Part shown: in pieces, positions 1 to 14,994 of the stretch
How positions within the stretch are numbered: position 1 is the first letter of the stretch
Layout of the letters: each line of letters opens with the position of its first letter
Assembly (NCBI GenBank): GCA_964016885.1
Contig: OZ024742.1
Location: 121,024,001-121,088,000, forward strand
Source: Eledone cirrhosa
Taxonomy: Eukaryota
Direction of reading: 5' to 3'
Length of the DNA: 64,000 bases
Notes under the pieces: generated by a model
The model's database searches: none
Seen by the model: only the letters and a program-made list of their open reading frames with translations
Told to the model about the DNA's origin: nothing
Translations under genes and position numbers: made by a program

Positions 1-3000
1 ACATTACACACCCACACTAACATTACACACGACACTATCATTACACACCACACCAACATTACACACGACACTAACATTACACACGACACTATCATTACAC
101 ACCACACTAACATTACACACCACACTAACATTACACACCACACTAACATTACACACGACACTAACATTACACACGACACTATCATTACACACCACACTAA
201 CATTACACACGACACCAACATTACACACCACAATAACATTACACACCACACTAACATTACACACCACACTAACATTACACACCATACTAACATTACACAC
301 CACACTAACATTACACACCACACTATCATTACACACCACACTAACATTACACACGACACCAACATTACACACCACACTAACATTACACACCCCACTATCA
401 TTACACACCACACTAACATTACACACCACACTAACATTACACACCACACTAACATTACACACCACACTAACATTACACACCATACTAACATTACACACCA
501 CACTAACATTACACACCACACTATCATTACACACCACACTAACATTACACACGACACCAACATTACACACCACACTAACATTACACACCCCACTATCATT
601 ACACACCACACTAACATTACACACCACACTAACATTACACACCACACTAACATTACACACCACACTAACATTACACACCATACTAACATTACACACCACA
701 CTAACATTACACACCATACTAACATTACACACCACACTATCATTACACACCACACTAACATTACACACGACACCAACATTACACACCACACTAACATTAC
801 ACACCCCACTATCATTACACACCACACTAACATTACACACCACACTAACATTACACACGACACCAACATTACACACCACACTAACATTACACACCCCACT
901 ATCATTACACACCACACTAACATTACACACCACACTAACATTACACACCACACTAACATTACACACCATACTAACATTACACACCACACTAACATTACAC
1001 ACCACACTATCATTACACACCACACTAACATTACACACGACACCAACATTACACACCACACTAACATTACACACCCCACTATCATTACACACCACACTAA
1101 CATTACACACCACACTAACATTACACACCACACCAACATTACACACCACACTAACATTACACACCCCACTATCATTACACACCACACTAACATTACACAC
1201 CACACTAACATTACACACCACACTAACATTACACACCCCACTATCATTACACACCATACTATCATTACACACCACACTAACATTACACACCACACCAACA
1301 TTACATACAACACTAACATTACACACCCACACTAACATTACACACCACACTAACATTACACACCCCACTATCATTACACACCATACTATCATTACACACC
1401 ACACTAACATTACACACCACACCAACATTACATACAACACTAACATTACACACCACACTAACATTACACACCCCACTAACATTACACACCACACTAACAT
1501 TACACACCACACCAACATTACACACCCACACTAACATTACACACCACACTAACATTACACACCACACCAACATTACACACCACACCAACATTACACACCA
1601 CACTAACATTACACACCCCACTATCATTACACACCATACTATCATTACACACCACACTAACATTACACACCACACCAACATTACATACAACACTAACATT
1701 ACACACCACACTAACATTACACACCCCACTAACATTACACACCACACTAACATTACACACCACACCAACATTACACACCCACACTAACATTACACACCAC
1801 ACTAACATTACACACCACACTAACATTACACACCACACTAACATTACATACAACACTATCATTACACACCATACTATCATTACACACCACACTAACATTA
1901 CGCACCACACTATCATTACACACCACACTAACATTACACACCACACCAACATTACATACAACACTAACATTACACACCCCACTAACATTACACACCCCAC
2001 TAACATTACACACCACACTAACATTACACACCACACCAACATTACACACCCCACTAACATTACACACCCCACTAACATTACACACCACACTAACATTACA
2101 CACCACACCAACATTACACACCCACACTAACATTACACACCACACTAACATTACACACCACACTAACATTACACACCACACTAACATTACATACAACACT
2201 ATCATTACACACCATACTATCATTACACACCACACTAACATTACGCACCACACTATCATTACACACCACACTAACATTACACACCACACTAACATTACAC
2301 ACCACCACTAACATTACGCACCACACTAACATTACACACCACACTAACATTACACACCCACACTAACATTACACACCACACTAACATTACACACCACACT
2401 AACATTACACACCACATTAACATTACACACCACACTAACATTACATACAACACTATCATTACATACCATACTATCATTACACACCACACTAACATTACGC
2501 ACCACACTAACATTACACACCACACTAACATTACACACCCACACTAACATTACACACCACACTAACATTACACACCACACTAACATTACACACCCACACT
2601 AACATTACACACCACACTAACATTACACACCACACTAACATTACACACCCACACTAACATTACACACCACACTAACATTACACACCACACTAACATTACA
2701 CACCCACACTAACATTACACACCACACTAACATTACACACCCACACTAACATTACACACCACACTAACATTACACACCACACCAACATTACACACCACAC
2801 TAACATTACACACCACACTAACATTACACACCACACTAACATTACACACCACACCAACATTACACACCCACACTAACATTACACACCACACTAACATTAC
2901 ACACCACACTAACATTACACACCCACACTAACATTACACATCACACTAACATTACACACCACACTAACATTACACACCACACTAACATTACACACCACAC

Positions 3001-6000
3001 CAACATTACACACCACACCAACATTACACACCACACTAACATTACACACCACACTAACATTACACACGACACTAACATTACACACGACACTATCATTACA
3101 CACCACACTAACATTACACACCACACTAACATTACACACCCACACTAACATTACACACGACACTATCATTACACACCACACCAACATTACACACGACACT
3201 AACATTACACACGACACTATCATTACACACCACACTAACATTACACACCACACTAACATTACACACCACACTAACATTACACACGACACTAACACTACAC
3301 ACGACACTATCATTACACACCACACTAACATTACACACGACACCAACATTACACACCACACTAACATTACACACCATACTAACATTACACACCACACTAA
3401 CATTACACACCACACTATCATTACACACCACACTAACATTACACACGACACCAACATTACACACCACACTAACATTACACACCATACTAACATTACACAC
3501 CACACTAACATTACACACCACACTATCATTACGCACCACACTAACATTACACACCACACTAACATTACACACCCCACTATCATTACACACCACACTAACA
3601 TTACACACCACACTAACATTACACACCAGACTAACATTACACACCACACTAACATTACACACCATACTAACATTACACACCACACTAACATTACACACCA
3701 CACTATCATTACACACCACACTATCATTACACACCATACTAACATTACACACCATACTATCATTACACACCATACTAACATTACACACCACACTATCATT
3801 ACACACCACACTAACATTACACACGACACCAACATTACACACCACACTAACATTACACACCCCACTATCATTACACACCACACTAACATTACACACCACA
3901 CTAACATTACACACGACACCAACATTACACACCACACTAACATTACACACCCCACTATCATTACACACCACACTAACATTACACACCACACTAACATTAC
4001 ACACCACACTAACATTACACACCATACTAACATTACACACCACACTAACATTACACACCACACTATCATTACACACCACACTAACATTACACACGACACC
4101 AACATTACACACCACACTAACATTACACACCCCACTATCATTACACACCACACTAACATTACACACCACACTAACATTACACACCACACTAACATTACAC
4201 ACCACACTAACATTACACACCACACTAACATTACACACCACACTAACATTACACACCACACTAACATTACACACCCCACTATCATTACACACCATACTAT
4301 CATTACACACCACACTAACATTACACACCACACTAACATTACACACCACACCAACATTACACACCACACTAACATTACACACCACACTAACATTACACAC
4401 CACACCAACATTACATACAACACAAACATTACACACCCACACTAACATTACACACCACACTAACATTACACACCACACTAACATTACATACAACACTATC
4501 ATTACACACCACACTAACATTACACACCACACCAACATTACACACCACACCAACATTACACACCACACTAACATTACACACCACACTAACATTACACACC
4601 ACACTAACATTACACACCACACTAACATTACACACGACACTAACATTACACACGACACTATCATTACACACCACACTAACATTACACACCACACTAACAT
4701 TACACACCCACACTAACATTACACACGACACTATCATTACACACCACACCAACATTACACACGACACTAACATTACACACGACACTATCATTACACACCA
4801 CACTAACATTACACACCACACTAACATTACACACCACACTAACATTACACACGACACTAACATTACACACGACACTATCATTACACACCACACTAACATT
4901 ACACACGACACCAACATTACACACCACACTAACATTACACACCACACTAACATTACACACCACACTAACATTACACACCATACTAACATTACACACCACA
5001 CTAACATTACACACCACACTATCATTACACACCACACTAACATTACACACGACACCAACATTACACACCACACTAACATTACACACCCCACTATCATTAC
5101 ACACCACACTAACATTACACACCACACTAACATTACACACCACACTAACATTACACACCACACTAACATTACACACCATACTAACATTACACACCACACT
5201 AACATTACACACCACACTATCATTACACACCACACTAACATTACACACGACACCAACATTACACACCACACTAACATTACACACCCCACTATCATTACAC
5301 ACCACACTAACATTACACACCACACTAACATTACACACCACACTAACATTACACACCACACTAACATTACACACCATACTAACATTACACACCACACTAA
5401 CATTACACACCACACTATCATTACACACCACACTATCATTACACACCATACTAACATTACACACCATACTATCATTACACACCATACTAACATTACACAC
5501 CACACTATCATTACACACCACACTAACATTACACACGACACCAACATTACACACCACACTAACATTACACACCCCACTATCATTACACACCACACTAACA
5601 TTACACACCACACTAACATTACACACGACACCAACATTACACACCACACTAACATTACACACCCCACTATCATTACACACCACACTAACATTACACACCA
5701 CACTAACATTACACACCACACTAACATTACACACCATACTAACATTACACACCACACTAACATTACACACCACACTATCATTACACACCACACTAACATT
5801 ACACACGACACCAACATTACACACCACACTAACATTACACACCCCACTATCATTACACACCACACTAACATTACACACCACACTAACATTACACACCACA
5901 CCAACATTACACACCACACTAACATTACACACCCCACTATCATTACACACCACACTAACATTACACACCACACTAACATTACACACCACACTAACATTAC

Positions 6001-6950
6001 ACACCCCACTATCATTACACACCATACTATCATTACACACCACACTAACATTACACACCACACCAACATTACATACAACACTAACATTACACACCCACAC
6101 TAACATTACACACCACACTAACATTACACACCCCACTATCATTACACACCATACTATCATTACACACCACACTAACATTACACACCACACCAACATTACA
6201 TACAACACTAACATTACACACCACACTAACATTACACACGACACTAACATTACACACCACACTAACATTACACACCACACTAACATTACACACCACACCA
6301 ACATTACGCACCACACTAACATTACACACCACACCAACATTACACACCACACCAACATTACACACCACACTAACATTACACACCACACTAACATTACACA
6401 CCACACCAACATTACACACCACACTAACATTACGCACCACACTAACATTACACACCACACTAACATTACACACCACACCAACATTACACACCACACTAAC
6501 ATTACACACCCCACTATCATTACACACCATACTATCATTACACACCACACTAACATTACACACCACACCAACATTACACACCACACCAACATTACACACC
6601 ACACTAACATTACACACCACACCAACATTACACACCACACTAACATTACACACCACACCAACATTACACACCACACTAACATTACACACCACACTAACAT
6701 TACACACCACACCAACATTACACACCACACTAACATTACACACCACACTAACATTACACACCACACTAACATTACACACCACACCAACATTACACACCAC
6801 ACCAACATTACACACCCACACTAACATTACACACCACACTAACACTACACACCACACTAACATTACACACCACACTAACATTACACACCACACTATCGTT
6901 ACACACCACACCAACATTACACACCACACCAACATTACACACGACACTAA
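1..6950. repeat. 18-bp tandem satellite (consensus ACATTACACACCACACTA) with variant monomers and higher-order blocks; truncated by window start
   Basis: Continuous 18-bp periodicity with variants (CTATC, CCAAC, CGAC, CCCC, CATAC) and occasional 19-bp units that shift the spurious CNVSVV/MLVWCV frames. Confidence 0.98.
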
Positions 6951-7940
6951 TATTTGCCAACTTAAAGAATGCCACAGTACTAAAGTATGAAGATGACATC
7001 AAGCTGTACCTTGAGAACACTATAGGTCTTGCTTGCAGTCTGACCTAGACACAATGCAACAATGGATCTCAGACTGGCAACTCAAGCTAGCTGTGGACAA
7101 GTGTACCACCATGCAGTTTGGGAGTAAAAACCCAGCCTCCACATACTCTCTCCACAGCACTAATATCAAGATGTCTTCTTGTGAACGTCAGCTGGGCATT
7201 ATGGTCAGCAGCGATTTGCGTTGGATGAAGCACGTCTCTAAAATTGTCAAGAGGGCTGAGGGTGTCTTAGCATCACTCAGCAAGACCTTTGTCATCCGCT
7301 CTCCAGCTATCTATTTAAGGCTGTACATGGCTATGGTGTGGCCACACTTAGAATTTGCATTACCAGTCTGGAACCCCTATTTTGCTCAGAACATTGATCG
7401 CCTGGAAACTGTTCAGAGACGTGCAACCAAGCGAATACCCCCCACCAGGCATCTACCATACTCTGAGCGCCTTGCTTCCCTGGGCATGGATACATTGAAG
7501 CTCTGACGCCTGGCAACTGACTTGGTAAACACCCATAAAATTGTTAACCATCTTGCCAACAACAACCCTGAGTACCTTTTTAATCTCCATGTGTCTAACA
7601 CACGTGGACATGCCCACAAAGTCAGAAAACAACACAGTTCCCATGACTTTCGGAAACATATTTTCACGCTGAGAGTTGCTGTAGCATGGAACAAACTACC
7701 TGCATCAGTTGTTAGCTGTCGAGACACTGCATCCTTTAAAACCTCCATGCTTCCCGAGATTCGCCAACACTACACCTAATGTTCCCCCTCCATACACATA
7801 CACACATGTATATCATGATTCATACACTATTCCCTTCCCTAACATTTGTATATTATTCTATGTACTATACATGCACCTTTGATGAGTTGTAGTGCACCTG
7901 AGCACTGTACACAATAATTTCATTATTATTATTATTTTTA
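6951..7940 (+). mobile_element. CR1-clade LINE, 5'-truncated RT C-terminal fragment with 3' UTR
   Basis: KYEDDIKLY (degenerate YADD), LQSDLD..WQL..KC, PHLEFA..VWNPY, LETVQRRATKRIP, YSERL; 3' stem-loop GTGC-ACCTGA-GCAC and (ATT)n tail; homologous to 24725-25372 and 45712-46612. Confidence 0.9.
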
Positions 7941-7944
7941 TTAT

Positions 7945-8150
7945 CCACCAGAGCATATTGGCTTCATTTCATTCTAGTCTTTACAAATCTTCTATAATCA
8001 AGACCCATGTCAGACTTCCATGTAACATTGCTGTACATTTGAAGACATTATACACTCTACCCTTCATTCTGAGAGAGATGCCCCGAGTTATTAGCATTGG
8101 TACTAGTTTCCTGGACATCTTCTATCCTATTCTTACACTCGCTACTACAC
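7945..8150 (-). mobile_element. Old RTE LINE remnant (post-RT LHGSxTW region)
   Basis: Aligns by eye to RTE copies at 23080-23290 and 34920-35120. Confidence 0.6.
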
Positions 8151-8303
8151 CTTTAAAACAATCTGTGTGACATATGTTATCAAAAATTCTTTATAAAAAC
8201 TACATGATGGTGGAGGGACTCCAGTATAATCTTGGCCATGATGATTAAAATATACTAGTGACATATTCTCAATGGGATGGTTATTCTTATCTACAACAGA
8301 TAC
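8151..8303 (-). CDS. Candidate internal exon of an unidentified host gene (51 codons)
   Basis: Minus strand ttttttctttcAG acceptor, open frame VSVVDKNNHPIENMSLVYFNHHGQDYTGVPPPSCSFYKEFLITYVTQIVLK, weak donor AAG|gtgtag; no homolog recognised. Confidence 0.3.
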
Positions 8304-8647
8304 CTGAAAGAAAAAATGAGGGTAATATTGGAGAAGAAAATACAAATCTCTATACCACTTCTTTTGCTATTGTTACTAAGCATAAGAAGTATACTTGGCT
8401 ATCTGTTTCAAAAGCTGGCAGTAGAGCAGAAATCTTTACACAAAAATAATAATAATAATTAGATTGACCCATAGAAATTCCACGGTTGATGACAAAAAAG
8501 ACCTAATTATTCTGACATATATTTATACACTCACACATAATTAATTTCCTAATGTTCATAGTTTTGTTGAAGTAATTTATCACCTGTTGATTGATAGATG
8601 GAAAAGAAAGTGGAATTATTATGATCTACCTCAATAGCTAATAATTA

Positions 8648-8750
8648 ATAATTGTTTCTATTTTTGGCACAAGGCCATCATTTACCCAGTGCATTACTGG
8701 TACTTTATTTTATCGACCCCGTAAGGATGAAAGGCAAAGTTGACCTCGGC
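8648..8750 (-). mobile_element. tRNA-headed SINE family A, 3' part
   Basis: Reverse complement of GAGGTCAACTTTGCCTTTCATCCTTACGGGGTCGATAAAATAAAGTACCAG...GGCCTTGTGCCAAAAATAGAAACAATTATT, shared with many copies in window. Confidence 0.85.
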
Positions 8751-8804
8751 TAATAATTAATAATAATAATAATTAATAATATTGCAATTATTATGTAGTA
8801 ACAT

Positions 8805-9120
8805 TACTTGATAGAGTGTGTAGCTCGGAGATCAGAGAGTTACTCCAGATTGAGCTGCTACTTCTCCAAATTGAAAAATCACTGCTCGATATTACAGACA
8901 TGTGGTCAGAATGTCTAAGGAAAATACCACTGGGCAGATTTTATGGCCAAAACCAACCAGCAGGGGACCCAGGGGTAGACCATGAGCAAGATGGTTGGAT
9001 AACATCCATAAGTTTAGTTGGTCTTGCTTGGGGATCTAGCTGGATCAGTTGGAAATGGTTGCCTCTGACAGGACCCACTGGAAAGTATGCTTGAAGACTC
9101 TGCCTCCACAGCCCTCTCAG
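8805..9120 (+). mobile_element. Expander/Rex3-like RTE LINE 3' end
   Basis: Frameshifted SEIRELLQIE.LLLQIEKS / RHVVRM / PRGRP..RWLDNI / WSCLGI / EMVASDRTHWKVCLKTLPPQP followed directly by a (GAA)n tail. Confidence 0.8.
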
Positions 9121-9262
9121 GAAGAAGAAGAAGAAGAAGAAGAAGAAGAAGAAGAAGAAGAAGAAGAAGAAGAAGAAGAAGAAGAAGAAGAAGAAGAAGA
9201 AGAAGAAGAAGAAGAAGAAGAAGAAGAAGAAGAAGAAGAAGAAGAAGAAGAAGAAGAAGAGA
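9121..9262. repeat. (GAA)n microsatellite, pure, about 47 units
   Basis: Direct. Confidence 0.98.
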
Positions 9263-10259
9263 AGGGGGAGGAGGAGGAAATAAAACATAGCATTATCACA
9301 GAATTCTTCATAGGTGGTTGTGTTTGTTTTCTCATATGACTTCATCAACTTGTGTTTGCATACAGAACCAATATTCATATAGACTGTATAGTGATATAAT
9401 CAACCTGGCCTACATACTCAATCATTTGCTGGAGTGTGTATGTGTGTGTGTTTATGTGCATGCGTGTATGAGTGTCTAAGAGCTGTGATAAGTGTTTTCA
9501 TTAGCTACAGGCTATTATAAACATAGTGTTTAGCTTCAAACTGAGTAGTAATAAGCTGAAGAAAAATAATATTTTCTTGTGATAGGGTACAGGTAGTATT
9601 ATCAGAAGTGGTGGTACCTAATAGCTACAGCTAGGTGAGCTAAAGAGTATAGAATTTAGTGTGATACCCAAAGATATAATGAAATAGTTACAGTGAATAT
9701 GATCTGAAAGCTGAGCTGTTTACATAATACTTTATTCACTCAACTATATTGGTTCTATCCCACATTGCTTAGTACACAATAAATATTGATTAAACTGTTA
9801 GATCAGTAACAATATTATAATCTAATACAATATTTTGTTGTAATAACTTTGAAATTCTTTATCATCCACCTTAGATATTTGTATAAAAATATTTCATTGT
9901 TTTGAACAAAAAGCACAGTTGGCATGTCTTTTTTACTTTCCATACAATGGGTCACATGTATCCTCATTTTTTTTTCTAAGCACATGATAACACGTTATGA
10001 TTACATCATGTTTGGTCAACAAAGAACTCATAATAATAAATGTAGTTTGATGATAGTGGATTTTATCAATTCATCTCAATGTGAATCAGTTTTGTCCTGC
10101 TGTGCTATTGTAATATTTTTAAATTGGTAAAAATATTCATACACTTATTACCACACATGGCATACTGTTTCACCCCTTTCACCACCTCACCTGTCACACC
10201 CTTGAAATTATACTTACCATATCCCCATCCATTGCTCCTTACCCATACTCTGTAGGGCA

Positions 10260-10885
10260 GGGAAAGCTCTTCATTTGAGCCAATGGCTGGCAACCTCCCT
10301 ACTGCTGTTACCATGATAAAACGCACCCAATACACTATGTAATATAGTTGGTGTTAGGAAGAGCTTTCAGCTGTAGAAACCATTTGATAAAGGGTTGAAA
10401 TGACTCCCCAGCCATGACATGGCAAACTCTTTAGTGTTGGTGCCATTAAAAATACACCCAGTACACCCTGTAAGGAAGTTGGTGATATGAAGGGCATTCA
10501 ACTGTGGAAATCATGCCAAAAAGGGTCATGAGAACATTTCAGTTGTGTCAAGGGCACAACAACCTTTTTAGTGTTGATCTACACTGAGTACACTCAGTAA
10601 AGTGGTTGGTAATAGGAAGGGCATCCAGCCATAGCAAACCATCCAAACAAATGGTTGGGAGGACTTTTCAGCTGTGCTGTAGACATGACAACTTCCCTAG
10701 TGCTGATGCAACAATGAAATTCACCCAGTGCACTCTGTAGAATGCAGGAAGGTATGTAAACAAGAAGCAAGCCCCTAGCCTATCTGAGTGGTCAGTAGCT
10801 CTTACTAAGTGCTGACCTAGTCTGTAATGAACCATTTAACCTTTACTAGCTGGGAAAATGGGCATTAACTGATGATGATGATTAT
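10260..10885 (+). mobile_element. Degenerate RTE-type 3' UTR with about four tandem ~130-bp modules
   Basis: Repeated diverged versions of GGTGCCA-An-GCACCCAGTACACTCTGTAA..GGTTGG..AGGAAGGGCATCCAGCTGTAGAAA; ends in (TGA)n. Confidence 0.7.
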
Positions 10886-11867
10886 AAATTACTCAGACAT
10901 CAAACTTTTTGTCGGTAACAATAGTAATTTAATAATGTTTCTTTTATTTGGTCAATAGAACAGAGTAGATATTTCATGAAAGGTCATAGGTTTTAACATT
11001 GATTTCTGTTGAATTTTAATTGTTAATCTTATTACTGTTCTTCGAAGAGATTACAACAAAGAAAGAAGTAGTGTGATTGAAAATAATTCTATTAATTTGA
11101 TGTCCTACCTTTTACATTTCTACTATTTACTATCCTTTGAAAATGATTTATATTCTACAACCACTAAACTTCCTTAACTGAAGAATTTGTAATGGTTCAT
11201 TGAAATTTAGAAAAACAGAAAAAAAACCAATGCTCTAGAATTCAGGCCTGCATACATTTCAACTAAGTTGTCTGCTAGACAAAAAAAAAAAAAAAAAATG
11301 AAGTCTGACTGGCACTTAGAAGAAAACATTAGTTTAGTCTCTTAATCTTTTATTACCATATTACTAATGAAAGACACTGCCTATAATTTTTACATTATTT
11401 TGAAAATAATCAACAATTTACTGTGATTTAGTAATATAACTGTCTTTCTCATTATCTAGCAATTGTTTGGAAGATATATTAACAAATGTTCTTACATAAA
11501 ATTATAAAAGGAGGTTTTTAGATGACAAGAAATACATTAAAATAAACAATTTAGTATTGTAGAACAAGGAACAGTTTCAGGTGATTTGGTATCAAAAACA
11601 TTAATTTTTGTTCAGATTATTCAGATTGTCAACTTTATAAGCATTTTGTCAATTCAGTGCACTACTAACCAATTAATTTTCAAATAAAATACATTTACAT
11701 CACAGTGTGTGTCCAGTTTAGAATAGGTGCACTGTACCTCTGCATGTTATAAGAACCAACTAAAATAGTTGGTGACATTAAAAGTGTCCGACCATAAATC
11801 AATGCCTGAAAAAGGATCTCATGATGAGTTTAATAACATATAAGTAGAGAACAGCCCAAAGTACCTC

Positions 11868-12152
11868 ATGATATTGAATCTATGAGGTTTTGATATTATT
11901 TATTTTGAGAACAATACCTTAACATCAGTATGAGCAGCTGGATACAGCCAGTTTGAACAGAAAGAGGTGAGAGAATTCTGGCCGGATATGGCTGGATTAA
12001 ATGCTAAAGGGTTAAAGATGATAAGGTAATTTTTAAAAAATAATATCAAAATCTCATAGATTCAATATTATGTGTAGTAATTATGTAGGGTAAAACCTTT
12101 ACTGTGAAAATATAATAGTAAATATAGAGTAATGTACATGTTAAAAGGTTAA
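11868..12152. mobile_element. Two partial copies of piggyBac-type MITE family 1
   Basis: Internal sequence matches 28609-28837; ends AATGCTAAAGGG-TTAA (12015) and AAAAGG-TTAA (12152). Confidence 0.8.
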
Positions 12153-12792
12153 GGTGTGGAATCCAGTTGAAACAAGGGAAATGAAAGCCAAAGATGTTTT
12201 GCCATGGAACCAGCAAAGGCCGTAGCAGAGAAAATGGCTTCAAAATGCTTATTATTGTTGTATAAAATGCACATACATTGAAAGTGCTGTCAAGCTATAG
12301 ATTGGCTGGCAATGTGTTATACTATCTGGCAAATATTCTCTGTCTTTTTCTCGCGCAGTTGACATGAAATACTTTATGTATGTTTTTCAGTTTACACAAC
12401 TTTCAATAATTAATGGTAGACAATAATATCGATTTGATGCTTTATATATTTATAAGCTTTGAATCTAGCTGGCAGCTAAAATTAATGGAAAAGAATTTTT
12501 GAATTCTTGAACATGTTATCACTTATTGACATATAACATATCTGTTAATTAAAATTATCGTCGACTCTTCTGCAGTTAATTACTTAGTTTAATTTCCTTG
12601 AATGTATAATGTTATTTTTCAAAGCAAATACAAGATTTTTATTATATTTTTTTTATTGAACAGATTCGCATAAATATGTATTTACAAATATATTTCTAAC
12701 TAAACAGCAATATAAGGATAATGAATCTGACTCAACGATTTTCTAGAAAACTCATTACATGTAATTGTAGATGTTATTTTGTTGTTCCAGTG

Positions 12793-13070
12793 AAGGCATA
12801 TGGCTTAGTGGTTAGAATGTTGGGCTCATAATCATATGATTTTGGGGTTCAATTCTTGGACCAGGTGAGGTCTGGTGTTTTTGAGCAAGACCCTCGAGGT
12901 ACATTGCTCCACCTCAACATGATAATTTAGAAAAAGTAGGGTACATTAGATAATGTAATCCTAGAAGTACAATAACAAACAGAAGGATAGTGTGGTCATG
13001 TCTAGAATGTCTTTGAACATGAGTCTACTCTATCAGGGCTGAACTATATCTAAACAGCAACAACCTAAAC
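12793..13070 (+). mobile_element. tRNA-headed SINE family B (CORE/V-like body), degenerate
   Basis: TGGCTTAGTGGTTAGA A-box, GGTTCAATTC B-box, TTGAGCAAGAC..ACATTGCTCCA body as at 53432 and 39735. Confidence 0.65.
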
Positions 13071-13134
13071 TCCTTGACAACCTGATATTCTGACAATCTA
13101 GTATCTTGGGATACTACTATGTTGAATCCACTGC

Positions 13135-13385
13135 ACACATCAATTAATAATCTTACCCAGATCAAGTAAAAAGTCTTGCACACATCAAGTAAATAGTCTT
13201 CCACGGGTCAAGTAAATAGTCTTCCACAGATCAAGTAAATAAATAGTCTTGCACACATCAAATAAATTGTCTTACTCAGATCAAGTAAATAGCTTTACTC
13301 AGATCAATTAATAACAGATCAAGTAAATAGTCTTATACACATCAAGTAAATAGTCTTGCACACATCAAGTAAATAGTCTTACATG
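13135..13385. repeat. 23-bp minisatellite (ATCAAGTAAATAGTCTTGCACAC)
   Basis: About 10 tandem units. Confidence 0.9.
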
Positions 13386-13432
13386 AACAATCCACAAAGC
13401 CACTATTACTATTAGGGCTCCCAATCTCATAT

Positions 13433-13688
13433 GTTAACTTTTTTTATAACAAACCACCTGAAATCACCCTGGGTTATGTGGTACAAAGCAGTTTGATTTT
13501 AGTTTTTTTTTAATTTAAACCTTCCATCATAATTTTATGTAAGAACATTTTGTTATGCTTCAAACATCTTCTTAAAATGAAAAAGTTAGTTATTTTACTA
13601 AATACTTCAAAATTCGTAAATATTTTCAAAATCATTTTAAAATCATAAGTAGTGCTTTTCAATAGAAATATGGTAATGAAAGGGTTAC
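13433..13688. mobile_element. Degenerate piggyBac-type MITE family 2
   Basis: TTAA...AAATATGGTAATGAAAGGGTTA ends; internal AAACCTTCCATCATAATTTT shared with 45281-46638; related pieces near 11340-11605, 41575-41810, 57520-57700. Confidence 0.55.
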
Positions 13689-14557
13689 TTTCATACATGT
13701 AACATTTCTAGAACTGTGTTAAAAAGATTATTATTACTCTTTGGAGCCAGAAAATACTTCAATTAGAGACTGACCTTCTACTGAAATCCATAATGAAGTA
13801 CTGTATTCATAGTTGGAACAGTGCTTCTGAAAAATAAATTTAAAAATCTATTCTCTTAATCAGTAGTGTACTACAACAATGTGCTCACACATATGCAGAT
13901 TTTACCTTTTCCTTATTCTCCTCCTCCTTTACTTTTGCTACTCTGAACCAACATAGTACATACCATTTCCAAACAAATATGCCTTCCCTACCCTCATCAA
14001 TTTTTTCCCTTTTTCTCTTAGTCAGGAGGAAGGGCAGTACTCACGATTCTTTTGTATGGAGGGAGAGAGAAATGTATCCTTAAACAGATTTTGATCAAAT
14101 GTTTGCAGGAAAATGGATTCATCTAAAGGCACCCAAAGATCATTTTAAACCAGGTGATTGATTAAGTCTGATAGTAAAATAGACCACAGCAGGATTTGAA
14201 CAGAGAATCCAAAGAGCTGAAACAAATACCACAAAGCAGCCTATCCAATGTTCTAACAACTATGCCAATCCACCACCCTACACTGATACTGTATTGAGCC
14301 TGAAAAGTTGAACTGCAAAGACACCCTCAACAGAATTTGAACTCAGAATACAAGGAGATAGTCTAACACTAATACTTCTGCTAATTTACTGCCATGTTTA
14401 CAGAGTTTCACATTAAATATTTACCCAATATTTCCTCCGCGAACTTACAACCCTCTGAAATTCTCTCCTCACCCACATTTCCCTATAGATGTCAAAGAAC
14501 AAAAGTTCAAACCCAGCAACAACTAGATTAATTTCACCTGCCAGCAATAGCCTCTTA

Positions 14558-14870
14558 CACCACTATCAGCAGCAGCACCAGCACCACTATGACCACTTCT
14601 ACCACTACTACCAACAACAACAACAACAACAACAACACACCTACCTCTACTACTACTACCACCACCATCACAACCATCACCACCAGCATGCTAATCATTA
14701 TAACTATCCTTAACATTCTGTTCACTGTTACAGTTGTAGCTGTTGCTGTGAATATCACCACCATCACCATCATCACCATCACCATCACCATCACCACCAC
14801 CACCACCACCACCATCAACATATTCATCATCATCAACAACAACTTCAGCAGCGACATTATGACTACTTCT
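14558..14870. repeat. Compound (CAC/CAA/CAT/TAC)n trinucleotide tract
   Basis: Direct. Confidence 0.9.
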
Positions 14871-14994
14871 CATATATATAGAAACTAATTAATCACTGTC
14901 ACAATAAAGACTCATTATTTTTTTAAATTGCAATATTCTTCTATTCTTTTTCTCTTTTGGAGGCTTACCAAAATCTAAAGTGCTATTCAGATTG

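Noticed and set aside
4-6947. Long ORFs of up to 702 aa (CNVSVV / MLVWCV repeats)
   Set aside because: Translation of an 18-bp satellite that lacks stops in two frames; frames switch at 19-bp monomers
1-6950. Telomeric repeat
   Set aside because: Not TTAGGG-like, heterogeneous monomers with higher-order structure; a subtelomeric position cannot be judged from this window
9049-9339. Poly-E/R/F/S ORFs
   Set aside because: (GAA)n tract
14489-14888. His/Gln- or Thr-rich ORFs resembling a transcription factor low-complexity region
   Set aside because: Compound trinucleotide repeat with no flanking domain or convincing exon structure
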